DNA of 64,000 nucleotides from the human T2T-CHM13v2.0 reference genome, Homo sapiens. Location: assembly GCF_009914755.1 (NCBI RefSeq), contig NC_060937.1, one strand, 5' to 3'. Made by a program: the position numbers and the translations under genes. Of the stretch, positions 1-14,540 are shown piece after piece (position 1 is the first letter of the stretch; every line of letters begins with the position of its first letter). The notes under the pieces are model-generated. The model saw only the letters and a list, made by a program, of their open reading frames with translations, searched no databases and was not told the origin of the DNA.

Positions 1-536
1 CATGAGAGCAAGAACTTCTTTACTCTCATTCATAACTAAACCTTTAGTGCCTAGAAGATAGCTTGGTACTTAGCAGGTACTCAACAAAGGTCTGTTGAAT
101 GATTAACTGCTATTAAGATAGTGTTAACATTCAACTAGTTGGGAAAGTTGTCAGAAGGAAATAATGATTTAATATTTTTTGAAATAGCACAAATTTAAAA
201 ATACAAACAAAAACAGCACAGAAAAATGTAGTCTTATCACTTGATTTACATGGTCTCTTCACGGTGGGACTCAAAACATTTCATAGCCATTTTCAATATT
301 TCCCTAATAGTAATTACAGTATAGAACCCTTCTGCACTAGGAACTGGAAGACTAGGTCAAGGGAAAGCAGAGTAAGTAGAGGGAGAATGAAGAGGCAGAA
401 CCACCACAAACCACTTTTCTCGGAGAAAATGCTTGTGCTACTCTATGTCTGCCTTAAAAGAATCTACTGAGTATTCATTAATTTAAAAGGGGCCCCCACC
501 TCTCAAAGAATTAATAGATGCATAGCTATTCATGAC

Positions 537-1522
537 TGTAGGGAAAAGAAAGAGAGATCAGACTGTTACTGTGTCTATGTAGAAAAGGAAGACATAAGAA
601 ACTCCATTTTGACCTGTACCCTGAACAATTGCTTTGCCCTGAGCTGTTAATCTGTAACTTTGCCCCAATCCTGTGCTCACAGAAACATGTGTTGCATGGA
701 ATCAAGATTTAAGGGATCTAGGGCTGTGCAGGATGTGCCTTGTTAATAAAATGTTTACAGGCAGTATGCTTGATAAAAGTCATCACTATTCTCCATTCTG
801 GAGTAACCAGGGGCACAATGCACGGCGGAAAGCCGCAGGGACCTCTGCACAGGAAAGCCGGGTATTGTCCAAGGTTTCTCCCTATGTGATAGCCTGAGAT
901 ATGGCCTCATGAGATGGAAAAGATCTGACCGTCCCCCAGCCTGACACCCGTGAACGGTCTGTGCTGAGGAGGATTAGTAAAAGGGGAAGGCCCCTTGCAG
1001 TTGAGATAAGAGGAAGGCCTGTCTCCTGCCTGCCCCGGGAATGGAATGTCTTGGTATAAAACCCTACTGTACATTTGTTCAGTTCTGAAATAGGAGAAAA
1101 ACCGCCCTGTGGCGGGAGGCGAGACATGTTGGCAGCAATGCTGCTCTGTTACTCTTTACCCCAATGAGATGTTTGGGTGGAGAGAAGCATAAATCTGGCC
1201 TACGTGCACATCCGGGCACAGTACCTTCCCTTGAACTTATTTGTGACACAGATTCCTTTGCTCACATGTTTTCTTGCTGACCTTCTCCCCACTATCACCC
1301 TGCTCTCCTACTACATTCCTCTTGCTGAGATAGTAAAACAGTAATCAATAAATACTGAGGGAACTCAGAGACCAGTGCCGGTGCAGGTCCTCCATATGCT
1401 GAGCACCAGTCTCCTGGGCCCACTGTTCTTTATACTTTGTCTCTGTGTCTTATTTCTTTTCTCAGTCTCTCGTCCTACCTGATGAGAAATACCCACAGGT
1501 GTGGAGGGGCTGGCCCCCTTCA
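537..1522 (+). mobile_element. HERV-K (HML-2) LTR5 solo LTR, LTR5A/B-like
   Basis: Starts TGTAGGGAAAAGAAAGAGAGATCAGACTGTTACTG and ends GGGGCTGGCCCCCTTCA; 986 bp; TATAAAA ~1054, AATAAA 1347-1352; flanks atgac/atgat (5-bp TSD, 1 mismatch); no internal gag/pol. Confidence 0.9.
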
Positions 1523-2011
1523 ATGATGGGCAGGTAATCATTTGAGTCTCGTTACAAAGAGCTCTGGTCTCAGTCTGGCTTTCTGAACATTCTGGTTCTC
1601 CCTTGATTATGAACACTAACCCAAGAAAACTAAACAAAGATAATCTGGAATAGATTTAAACTTCTTGGAGAAACTTAATTCTAAGCATTCATTTCAACTG
1701 GTTTGACAGATTCATTAAAAAAAAAAATAATGAACCATAGTGTTTCAAAGTCTTCTTCCAAAGTGGTCCTACCAGCAGCCAGGAGTGAACGCTTATCTAT
1801 AAAGTATTCCTGGTCAGAGTCTCAAATGGCAGACAAACCTGAACTTTCTTTGCAGGTTCTATTTTTTTTCTTAAAAATTCATGTGATTTGCAAGTCCAGA
1901 CCATAATATATTCATATATGTTTTAATTTCATCTTTATGTCATGAAATCTTTTAAGAGCACAAAAATCCCAAACCAAGAAGATACTGCCTTATCTATCCT
2001 GTAACTTCCCC

Positions 2012-2014
<3 letters not shown>

Positions 2015-2050
<36 letters not shown>

Positions 2051-2056
2051 ACACAC
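2015..2056 (+). repeat. (CA)n microsatellite
   Basis: About 20 AC units with one AG interruption. Confidence 0.95.
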
Positions 2057-2210
2057 CCCTGCAATATTCCTAGAAGTACTATATGCCCCAAAATTAGGAA
2101 GCTCAGGTAAAAAAGGAAGTTATCTACTGTTATCTACTTTTATAGTAAGTTATTTTTTATAAGTTATAAACTCATCTGAAAATGGATAAAAGCCAATGCT
2201 CAAGACATAA

Positions 2211-2357
2211 AAGTGTGCACATTATATGAGAGGATTCAAGATGCTCTGCCAATCTTTCCATAAAAAAAAACACATTTAAAAGCAAAGCGTGCACATTATA
2301 TGAGAGGATTCAAGATGCTCTGCCAATCTTTCCATAAAAAAAACACATTTAAAAGCA
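2211..2357 (+). repeat. 74/73-bp tandem duplication
   Basis: 2211-2284 and 2285-2357 differ by one substitution and A9 vs A8. Confidence 0.95.
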
Positions 2358-2364
2358 ATCAGTA

Positions 2365-2664
<300 letters not shown>

Positions 2665-2739
2665 TCAGTATTTTTCATGTATTTGCTCCCACAACAAAGG
2701 TTAAATATTATCTCCCCAATCTATGAAATGGTTTTGAGC

Positions 2740-4130
2740 AACTCAGTAGTTGGTGTTATCATATACTGAAGTGGCAAAGACAAGAAAAGCAGATTTCGCA
2801 CAAGGTAAAAATCAAGAATTCTGTTTTAGCCATGCTAAATTTGTGATGCTAAGCCCATTTTTAAGTGGACAAGTTCAACAAGGCAGGTTTTGAGTCACTG
2901 CCATAAAAGACATGAGCATATAAGGCCATAGGACTGGAGGAGATCTCATGAATGGACAAAACAGCTGGAGAAAAGAAGGCACTCCAGCAAGCAAAGGAAG
3001 AGGAAGAGCAACCAGCAGAGGAAACTGACAAGGAGGGGTCCTGTGATGTAGGAAAGGAGAATATGATATCACAGAAGTCAAGGCAAGAAAGTTTTTCAAG
3101 AGAGAGGCAGCGGCCAGATAAGTAAAATATTGATGTGAGATTGAGTTTGATGTGCACTGAGATGTGACTATGGGATTTAACTGCTTGGAAGTCACTCTGA
3201 TCAGTTACCGACAAGCACTGTTTCAGCGAATGTTGGGGATGGAAACCTGACTGGAGGTTGAGAGACAATGAAAGATGAAGAAGTGAAGACAGAAAATACA
3301 GACAATTCTTTCATGTTTTGCTGTAAAGGAGAGAGCATAAAAATGAGACGACGGTTAGGAATGCCAATGGGAATGATAAAGAGAGGATATTAGTGATGGA
3401 TGAAGAGTGATGGGGGTATTACAGCGATAGGCAACAAAGTCCCTAAGAAGTCAAGAGGGGAAAGGGATCCAAAGCACAAAAGGAGATTTTGGCACATACA
3501 GGAGTGAGGGTTTGTCTTCTTTTGCAACAGAAGGGAAAATAGGGGGTGTGTGAACAAACACAAAGGGGTTGGAAGATCTGTGGATGGAAAAATGAGGAAA
3601 TTCATGTTCCCACTATCTCAGCTGCTTATCTTTTGTCATCAAATATGAGGTGAAGTTATCAGCTGAAAACGAGAAGGGAAGTGGGTTTCAGATTTGAGAA
3701 GACAGGAGAATAAAGCAGTAATTTTGAAAAGTGAGAAAGCTAATTTACTAGGGATAGGTAGCAGATTGCTATACATTGTTGAGTTCCTTTTCCAGGTCTG
3801 TGGTTTCTAATGCAAAGTAAGATTAATTAACGTAGGTGTGTATTTTTCTTATCAATATTTAGCTGTGGAGACTCAGGAAGGAAGTAGATGAGTAGTTTGG
3901 TTTACCCAGAGTTGGGGTTTTGCCAAGGAGGAAGAGACAGGGACTGATGATAACAAATGACCACGAATAATAAGGGAAACAAGTACACAAGCGGTAATGA
4001 TAACAGTGAAAAAGTGATAGGGTCAACAAAAATGTCTCCATGAGGTTGAAGTAATGGTAGAGAATAAGTATGATAGAAACAGGATCAGAGAGTGGGATGC
4101 TTATAGTCAAGATACTAAAGGTGGTATAAC
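2740..4130 (-). mobile_element. L2 LINE fragment (ancient)
   Basis: Purine-rich degenerate sequence with L2-like motifs (gatttaactgcttggaagtcact...gcactgtttcagcgaatgttggggatggaaacctgactgg); boundaries approximate. Confidence 0.55.
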
Positions 4131-6315
4131 TGCCTTCTCTAATGTTTTGTTCTGGGCCATCTTATCTGATGTGTTCTATTTTCTCTCTCAATCTCATGTG
4201 TCACATGGCATTAACATCTATTCTATGCTGACAACTCCCAAGTCTCCCTCTGTAACTGGAGTCAGTAAGTGGCAGAGCTTAGGCTCTGACAGACAAACCT
4301 GGGGCCAACTCCAGTTCTGCCATTTATTGAGCAGTCTGACCTTGGGTAAGCCCTTTAGCTACTGTGGGCATCAGTTTCTGCCTCTGAAAACTGTGGCTTA
4401 ACCTAGTAACCTTTTCATTCAGGTTTAAGATAATATAATGGATGTCAGCACAGACACTTCTACATAGCAATCCCTCAAAAAAAAAAAAAAAGGTAATATT
4501 ACTATATCCAAGTGCCTAGGAGCCGACTACATATAAGGATCCTGCAGCTGCCTCAACCATAATTTGGCCTCCACTACACACTTGCTCCTCTTCCTGCACA
4601 CCCTCCCACCTAAGTTAATGAGATCACTACTTCTCCACTTGAGCTACAACAGAGCTATCTCTGAATCACTCTTTTTACTTATCCTCACCATCCAAACTGT
4701 CACCAGACGCTGGTATTATACATTAAGTCTAAGAAGCCACAGATTTGAAGATTCACCAATATTTTATGTATCACTAAGAATGAAAAACTGTCAATTACAA
4801 TTGTTAAGATACAATCAGATTCCAGAGATGTTATAATTTGAAAAAAAATGTACATCTCAGAATAGTCAAAACATGACAAATCTACCTCCAAACATTCTTT
4901 CACCTCTCATCTATCCTTTCCTTTGCATCTTCACCCCAATGAATTTAAGGTTCTCATTCTTTTGTCTTTGATCTACTGCAATGACCACCTCCCAAGCTTC
5001 CAAATGTTCATTTCAGTACATCTTTCACAATGATGCCAGAGCTACCTTCCTAAAATATGAATAAGCAGCTTTCACTCCTCTCCTACAAAACAGTAATGAT
5101 TTTTTTCCTGCTCATAGTTCGAGGTATAGCCTTCAAAGAACATAATCTAATTCTTAAACAGCCATTTCCCTTGACCTACCATTTCAATATTTGACACAAT
5201 GCACACTTCAACCTCACAGGTCTACTTATGTTCACCAATAAGAATATGAACACTGGGGGCTCCCTGTTTATGGGGCTCCCTATTTATAGAGCTTCCATTT
5301 CTCAGCTTGATATATCCTCCTGGTCTCTCCATCCTCCTGACAGTAATAAAAAAAAAATTCCTTCCCTCCTTTTAAGATGCAAATAAAATGCCACCTCCTC
5401 TGCAAGCCCTTCATTAATCTTTTTCAGAATTAACCAAGTCTTTGATAGGGCACTCTCTGTTCATTTATTTAATGTTCACCTCTTTCTGCATTGTGCTGTA
5501 CTTAGAAACTGCTTACATCCTGTCTTCCTTATTAGATTTCAGGCTCACTGACAATAGGGTGAGTGTCCTTCTCATCTCTAACAACTGCAAGATTAATAAA
5601 AGTGAATTTTGATGTACTATAATGAAAGGCTGAGATAACAATCCTAAAAGTGCTTCAAGCAGCAAAAGGTCAACAGCCACTGTCAAACTGTAAAAAAGCA
5701 AAAGTTTAACCTCCCCATTTAATATGACAAAATGATACAGAACCACCACCACAGGCCGACTGCTTGGCTCTGTCTGCTAAGAGTCATTAACAATGTCACC
5801 CACAGGAAAGTTTTCTGCACCTTTGGATACCTGGTATTATCACCACCTTTGTGTTGGGAAGATTTCGGAAACAGGTGACTAATTCATTTCTTTGGAAATG
5901 AATATTGGAATGAGTATTTATCAGATGATGATTTCTAGACAACTCAATGAATTTATCTTACGAGAATAGAAATTTCTAAAGAACTACTAAAACAAGTTAC
6001 TTGTTATATATTTGACTGTAATCTGTGGTAGCAAAACACAAAGAATCTAGCACCCATCCTCTTCTACCCAGATCCTGCTCTGGGTAGAACAAAACACACA
6101 CATAATTTTCTTTAATAAGATCTTCCCAAGACAAAAAAAAAAAGGTCATCATTTGTCACATTATTAGACTTTCTATCCAATTTACTCTCAAATGAGACCC
6201 GTGGCAATAAAACAGTACTCATGAAATAAAAATGCAAGACAAAAAAATGGCAATGGTAAGTGACATACAATTCCAAACTCATCTGGAGTAAGCATAGTAA
6301 AGTGGTATCCTAGGG

Positions 6316-6623
6316 AGCGGTCCCCAACCTTTTTGGCACTAGGGACTGGTTTCGTGGAAGATAATTTTTCCACAGACTGGGGGGTTTCACCTCAGAACAT
6401 CAGGCATTAGACTCTCCTAAGGAGCACACAATCTAGATCCCTTGCATGCACAGTTCACATTTGGGTTCATGCTCCTATGAAAATCTAATGCTGCCTCTGA
6501 TCTGACAGGAGGCAGAGCTCAGGTGGTAATACTATCTCACTCCCTGCTCGCCTTCTGCTGTGCAGTCCTGGTTCCTGATAGGCCACTGACTGAACAGTAC
6601 CTGACTGAGACTGGAGACTCCTG
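6316..6623 (+). mobile_element. MER1B (hAT-Charlie) DNA transposon
   Basis: agcggtccccaacctttttggcactagggactggtttcgtggaagataatttttccac start; 8-bp TSD tcctaggg/ccctaggg. Confidence 0.8.
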
Positions 6624-6901
6624 CCCTAGGGTATATCCCCCAGGTGTAAAGGATGGGCTCTTCTTACTGGAATGGGCCTGAGGGGGCAGTTCTTGGGGCA
6701 GATATATTAACCTTACAATCTGTTACTCTGATATTTCATTTCTTTTAAAGATGTTCCAGTCTTAAGAGAGTCCACTCTACCACCAAATCCCCTTTCTTAA
6801 AAAAGCAAGTATACTTGGGCAGAGACATGCCTAAGGCTGTTGTTCATTAATATCCATATCATCCTAGACTTACCCACTAGGAGTTACACATTGGCTTCAA
6901 A

Positions 6902-7119
6902 CAGCGTTTCTCAACTTTGACATTACTAACATTTTGGACTGAAGAAAGTCTTGTTTTAGGCGGTTCCCTGCATATTACAGGATGTCTGGCTAGCAGCATC
7001 CCTGGGCTCTACCCACTAGATGCCAGTAGCAGCCCCTTGAAAACAATGAGAAATGTCTCCACACACTGCCCCATGTCCCTGGGGGACAAAATCTACCTCC
7101 ACCTAGTTGAGAACCACTA
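6902..7119 (-). mobile_element. MER20 DNA transposon
   Basis: cagcgtttctcaac...ctctacccactagatgccagtagc...gttgagaaccact, terminal inverted repeats. Confidence 0.8.
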
Positions 7120-9889
7120 GTATGGTATAGTCAAAGGAATCTTACTAATAAGCTAGTGGGGCTGTTGTATCAAATCCATTTTCAGTTGTGGAAACTGAGA
7201 CTCTAAGAAATAATGATACAGGTTATAAATGGTAGAGCTAGCATTTGTACTCAATGTGATTCAACTGCAAAATCATGTGTTCTTTCAACTAAGAAACAGT
7301 TCTTTCTTCCTTGGAGCAGGGTTAGTGAACAATAATCTGGGAGAAATAAATACAGGACGATGTGCCTGAAGGAAGTGAGATCCTGGACACTGATGGAGGT
7401 GATGGGAGTGAAGACGGTATTGATGAACTTTACCAACTGGTCTTGCAATTATATCTATTATAAAACCAACTCCCCTGCTCTTCTGGCATCCTCCCCTCAC
7501 TAGAGACAAGAGCCAACTGTGCTTCTAGAAAGAATATTATTCTTTCTTGCACCTTGTCAAAACTTTATCGGTTTCTCTAGTGAAGACCTGGAAAGACTAT
7601 GTAAAGGATTAGTCTTCAGTGTAAAAATGACTATGGTAGGGGCACCACTACTTCAACATTAGGAATTTGGAAACTTTCCAAAATAAAATTCCTGGATAGC
7701 TCTTGGTTATGTTTTAAGAAATCCCTGGTTCTGGGCCAGAATTTAGGTCCTATAACTTAAGGAAAAAAAAAAAAAAAAAAACCTGTGTGAAATAAGTCAC
7801 TTAATGCCTATAGAACTGGTTCCCCATTCCTGTCTAGGTAAAAGGAGAGATGATACATCTCTTCTCTTCTACCTTCATCCCTACCAGAAATGCTTTGGGA
7901 TAAACTGGAATTGTACTTGTCAAGTAAGTATGTCAGCTATTACATACCAACCCTGATAATTACTAGGATACATCTACGATTTTTGAATTAACTTATTATA
8001 CACTATGTATAAAATGCAATATTGTTATACTTTTCTGAAAGTGAATCCTTCAAACTTATTTTCAACTGGAAAAAAGAGAAAAATGTAGAACTTGCAGTCC
8101 ATATGGCTTTTTTTCAAAGCAAATTACTTATGACAATTATGTACAAGGCTGGTTCTTAAATCCACTCTTGGGAACTGAGAGGCAATCAGGACTCAAACAT
8201 GGGCTCCATGTACTGACGTGGATGACTTGCTGGTCAATCAACAGCTCCAAGTGAACAGTGATTAATGAATTTTGTCATCCTAGAGTGAGGACTCTAAGTT
8301 GCATAAGGCTTTGTCTCTAGCCCTATATTTTCAATATTTTAAATAAACAATATGGGTGAGAAGAAGAGAGGCATCCCTGAAAGAAGGGATCCTTTTGATA
8401 GCATTCCTTATGGGAAACAGTCAGTCTACTAGAGGATACTCCAAGACACAGGAACTCCTGCATTATAAGGAAGCTGATTTCATTTCTGGTTATTTCAGCC
8501 AGAACACTTGCCCTTAATATTAAGTAGAAATCATAATCTTATGGAGCCACACAAGGCTTGAGTCCCTTCCAAATGAAAAATATTTTAATTAAAGATTCCC
8601 TATCATATCCATTCATTCCAGCACTATTCCAGTCCACCTACATTCCAATCCCAATTTCATTCTCCCCCAAATGTTTTAAAATACTCTGGTTTATTGTTTA
8701 TCTTAAAGGGTAGGACCCAAAACTGGACTCATAGTCGAATGAGAAATAACTGAATATGATACATTAATGCTGAAAAGCATTAGTTGCTTTGCATTTCTCT
8801 TGAGAATCTCCTTCACCCTTTCATAAAACCAACTGCGGGCCACATTTGGCTTTCACTCATGGCAAAATGCATGCACGGCCAATAAAAAGTATTACATGCC
8901 ATAATTTGGTTTCACAGCTTGAGTCCCAATTGAAAAGATAAACCCTGGAATTATCTAGAGGTAAACTGGTTTGTAACAGCCTGGTGGCACTATCAAAATG
9001 TCACTTAACAGATACTCTGGGATAGATCATTACTACATTTCTGCTTGCTGGCCCACTAGTTTAAGAAACAAACAAACAAAAAAAAACAGGGAAGAATAGG
9101 TAAGAAAATATGTTATGCGTAAATCATCCCATGGGATGGTACCTAACTTCTTCAGGCCACATAGAGCTCTTACTTACAATATTGGCAAAGTAACTAAAAA
9201 CATTATTGGGTAGAGAAAATTCACCTTTAAAACTGAAGTAGAGACAGAGGTGTAAATTTTCCAATTTTAAGTGCAAAGACAAAGCATTAACAGGTGAATA
9301 CCTGGGCTCTCTCTCCTTCCTCTCCATCCCCACTGGCATCTATCTCTTCAGATTTAATGCCCTGCCCTCATCTCTCCCCCTTCATGGTATCCACCTTGTG
9401 ACCCTCCAGGGATAATGGTCCTTAATTCTGTTGAATAATCAAAAGAGAAGATGCTGACTGTGAGATCTGGGGACATATGGTAACAGTAGCACAAGAACAA
9501 TTATCTTTAAAAAAGAGCTAGGCACGAAGGACCTTAGGAACATTCTTAGAAGTGGCCAGAGATGCTCTATGTCAGGGAAGCAGAAGCGAACCTGAGGACA
9601 CGCCAGTTTTAGTATCTCACAGTATAATACGTGTAGGAGGGTGAGCAGCACAATCATACTGAATTTGCTTTCACTATAAAAAAGAAAAGAGACATGGAAC
9701 CAGCTGAAAATTCTGGATGTACTGTGGCAATTTCCAGAACAAACAGGTCTCATTTGGTTGGGAATGCAAATCTTCATTTTGAAGTGCTCCAGCCTCACAA
9801 AGCAACTGGGAAGAACAATTACTGGAAAAGGCTGGTTTCCTCAGTTTGAGGGCTGGCCTCAATGGCTATAGTAAAAGCTAACAGTTATT

Positions 9890-10450
<561 letters not shown>

Positions 10451-10519
10451 CCATGGTACCTGGGGGGGGGGGGGGGAGGAGCCTGTTTAAAAATCCTTAA
10501 TTAATTAATTTTCTTTTAT

Positions 10520-10816
<297 letters not shown>

Positions 10817-10947
10817 TTAACCTTTTTGAGCCTGTTTCCTTATCTGTAACAGTAGAAATATGGTAATAACATCAACTCCCCATCCTTTCTGTTTTCAGAA
10901 GATTAAATGAAGCATGTGCAAAGTTTAGCATAAAGTCTGGCACATAA
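10817..10947 (-). repeat. Inverted duplicate of 9895-10025
   Basis: Reverse complement matches 9895-10025 with about 6 differences in 131 bp. Confidence 0.93.
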
Positions 10948-12399
10948 GATTAAGACAAAAGTCTTAATCTTTTTATTTTTATTATCTGATTTTTATTTCA
11001 GAATAAAGTTAACCAATACAGGAAAAAAAAAACACTAAAAATGCCTGATGTCATGGATGAACTTAGGTGAGGGTTTTACGAAGTAATCTGAAGACAAATG
11101 GTAATAATGATAGAGGTTCAACTATGAAGACTCAAAGTCTTAGTATTCTGAAGACACAAATGATAGTATAGAGGTTCAACCACAGACTCTTAAGCTTTAA
11201 TATTCTTATTTTAAAAATGGAAAAACCAGCCCTATCTTAAAGCATTGGTGTGAAGAGTAAACAAAATAATATATGCATACAAAAGCACTCTGTAGTCTGC
11301 AAATCACTATATTCTATGAGGTATCACTCTCGTTAAATACAAAAAGTATAGGTTTGGTAAATCAAACAGAACACTGTCAATACAATTGCAAAAGACAGCC
11401 TATAACTAATGGAAACTATATATAATGTGTACAAAATACTTCCCAAGAATATTTTTATCAGCCTTTAAAGCCAGTGTTGGAGGAAATTAACTCAGAATTT
11501 AACACATATTTCCAGGAACTTTATGTCAGGAGCCAAATGTAGACTGTGGCAAATAGAAACATCGCTTCTTCCCTCCCCCTAGCCGTGCAGGCAGTAAGTA
11601 ATAGCTCAATGCCAGCTCAAACACCATCCTCGATGAGGCCATCCTTGATCTCTCCAAATTGATCAAGCCATCCCCAATCCATGATCTCCCAGCACATTTG
11701 CTATTTCATTGGCATTTCATTCTGACTGCTATCCAGAATTATCAGTTGCTTCCAATGCTGACTTTCTTCTACTTTTTGAATCCAGTAAATTCACACAGAA
11801 CTTCAAACACCCCAGGCAGATCGTATTGGCCGGCACTCAAATGCTTGCTCTAGAAGTTTGTATTTCTCAAATCTGAGTCTACGGCTCAGTCTGCGCTGGG
11901 GGGTAAACACACACCCTGACACACCACAGACGTAAAAATAATTCAGGGTGGAAAAAAGTTGGTGGTTTATCTTTCCCCTTCTTTATCTATTCGGTAAAGA
12001 AATGCTCTTTAAAACACCGAAAGTGAGGCACAAATGGAAATGAAAGAGGAGAGGAATGCATTAGAATATTCAAAGCTCCGTTTCTAATTCAGAACCACTT
12101 TCCCTACCTTGTTTCACAAACACACTAGGCACCTCTTGCATCACAAAGAGAGAGTATTCTATCTCCTGACTGACCCATTCTTGGAGTTAAAAGCCACACC
12201 TCTTATTCTAATACCCTCCAGGAGCACTTACTATTTACTTTTCAAATTAGGAATTCAGAGCAAAGGTCATCCTCAAGGCCAGGATAAAGGCAAAAGGTCT
12301 TGGAAATGGAAAAGACTCAATACACAGCACCGTAGGCCCCAGAGGATGAACACTAGTTACAGAGGACTAAGAAGCCCGAGGTGAGGCTCCCAGGAAATG

Positions 12400-13020
12400 T
12401 GTTTTAATGGGCTTCACTACACGCCACGCGAGGCTGCAGAGGGAAGTTAAATATCCCTGCGATGCGTTTCTGATGGGGCCTCCTTCGAGGCCGGTGTCTT
12501 GCCAGTGTGAGGCCGCGGGCGGTGGCAGGGCCGTCTCGCCGCCCTCCCGGCAGACCACGGGCCGCTGTCACCCTCCTCCGAAAGGCGCCCAGATGAATCC
12601 ATTAATCACGGTGCGCTACCCCCATCTCCCAGGACGCGGCCTCCCATCAAGAACGCGGGTTAGCGTTTTCTCCCATCTCCGCGCCTCACGCCCCTTCCCC
12701 GCCCCCGCACGAGACGGCCCTCGGCCCCGGCGAGCGACTTATCCAACCCCGTTTTGTAGCTGTGCCCACAATCACCCATTACCTTCCCCAAGCAAATGTG
12801 GCACGTGATGGGCAGAGTGAGCGACAATGTAACATTCTGCACGGTCTGAGCCATGGCAGCGTTCAGAATCCCGCCAACACGGAAGTCCCGCCGACCTACC
12901 GCTACTCTTCGCCAAGACTGGGCACGCGCGGGCCGGCTACGGCGCCCCGGTAGGGCCATAACCCGCCCAGGAGAGAAAACGAAAACGCGCTTTCGAAACG
13001 CGCGATCTCCAAGGCGTTTT
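12400..13020. promoter_or_regulatory. CpG island / OBI1 promoter and 5' UTR
   Basis: High GC and dense CpG against an AT-rich background. ETS-type CGGAAGT at 12880-12886 just upstream of the ATG; GC-box-like ccccgccccc near 12697-12706. Confidence 0.9.
12783..12854 (-). CDS. OBI1: OBI1 (RNF219) coding exon 1, N-terminus and start of RING finger
   Basis: Minus-strand translation MAQTVQNVTLSLTLPITCHICLGK matches the OBI1/RNF219 N-terminus as I recall it, including the first CxxC of the RING. Strong Kozak gctgccATGg; phase-0 donor AAG|GTAATG at 12782; inside a CpG island. Confidence 0.95.
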
Positions 13021-13029
13021 CCTTTCATT

Positions 13030-13284
<255 letters not shown>

Positions 13285-14186
13285 TTCACTGATTAGGGAG
13301 CTGCAAGATTCCTGCGAATGTGTAGGAAGGTAGTTTACTACAAGTATCGAGGATCTTGGAAAATCTAAAGGAAAGCGGAATAGTGGAGACAGAAGAGGAA
13401 GATACGGAAAGGCGATTTTTTAAATCCCCAAATTGTTTTCGGGGATTGGATGGGGTGAAGGATGGAGAGTTTTTCGCCTAATTATTAAACCCCACACATC
13501 CGCCAACACAGCGTAATCAAAACATAGAGAAAAGACATTATCTACACGTTTCAATTTTTTTCAAAACAGCTTTCCACCTCTGTCAGTTCTCTTTCCACTC
13601 AATATAATGTGCTTCCAGAGGGCACAATAATTCACTTAAGAAAACAGTGATTGTCTCCTTATCTGTGTCCGAGACGATCCTGATACATTTAATCGCAGCT
13701 TTCCCTGAAAATACATTTTTACTGTGGGCTTCTCTGGGTTTTCCACCAAAAGGAGATTAACGTTTTCACGTCTTCATTTCAGGTGCATGGTTGCATATGA
13801 AATGTACCGCTGTGTTGTTGAACCCCAAGGGAGAATTTGTGAGGTTATAAGTTGCGTTTCCTACCAACAAAAAAGAAAAAAACCTAAAAGTTCCTAAATT
13901 TATCTTAAATGCAGTATAACAAATTTGGAATTTATCTGCAACTTACTTGAAGCGAGGAAGAGCTGATGTGATAAATTACGCTAACAAGTAAAATCTGTGA
14001 GTTGAGAGATTTAAAGACAAGACCATCGGGACAACTTTTACTAATCTTTGTGAAAAAGACGCAGTATGACTTCAAGAAGCAGCCTCATGGTTAAGAGAAA
14101 GGGGTTCTGGACCTGGGCTGCTTCAGCGGAAATCCCTGCCCCCAACAACTTCCTACCTAAACGGTAGCTCCATGGCTTCTGGCAAC

Positions 14187-14540
14187 TTTTGTTTTGTTTT
14201 TTGAGATAGGGTCTAGCTCTGTCACCACTAGGTGCCAACACAGCGACCTCCCAGGCTCAAGCGATCCCATCCGCCTGCCTCAGCCAGCCTCCCGAGTAGC
14301 TGGGAATACAGTCATGCGCCACCATGCTTGGCTAATTTTTGTATTTTTAGTAAAGACGGAGTTTCACCCTGTTGGTCAGGCTGGTCTCCAACTCCTGACC
14401 TCAAGTGATCCGCCTGCCTCGAGGGTCGGGGAGTGGTTTCCCCATGTTGCCCAGGCTGGTCTTGAGCTCCTGGGCTCAATGGATCCCCCCTCCTTGACCT
14501 ACCGACAGTGCTGGGATTACAGCCGTGAGCACTATTCTGC
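14187..14540 (-). mobile_element. Composite Alu (right arm + two left-arm segments)
   Basis: ggctggtctc...ctcctg occurs twice (about 14380 and 14455). Confidence 0.8.

Noticed and set aside
8170-9060. Possible L3/CR1 fragments
   Set aside because: Too degenerate to bound or support without an HMM search.
12660-12782. Continuation of the 209-aa ORF past LGK (VMGDCGH...)
   Set aside because: Lies beyond the GT donor; intronic read-through.
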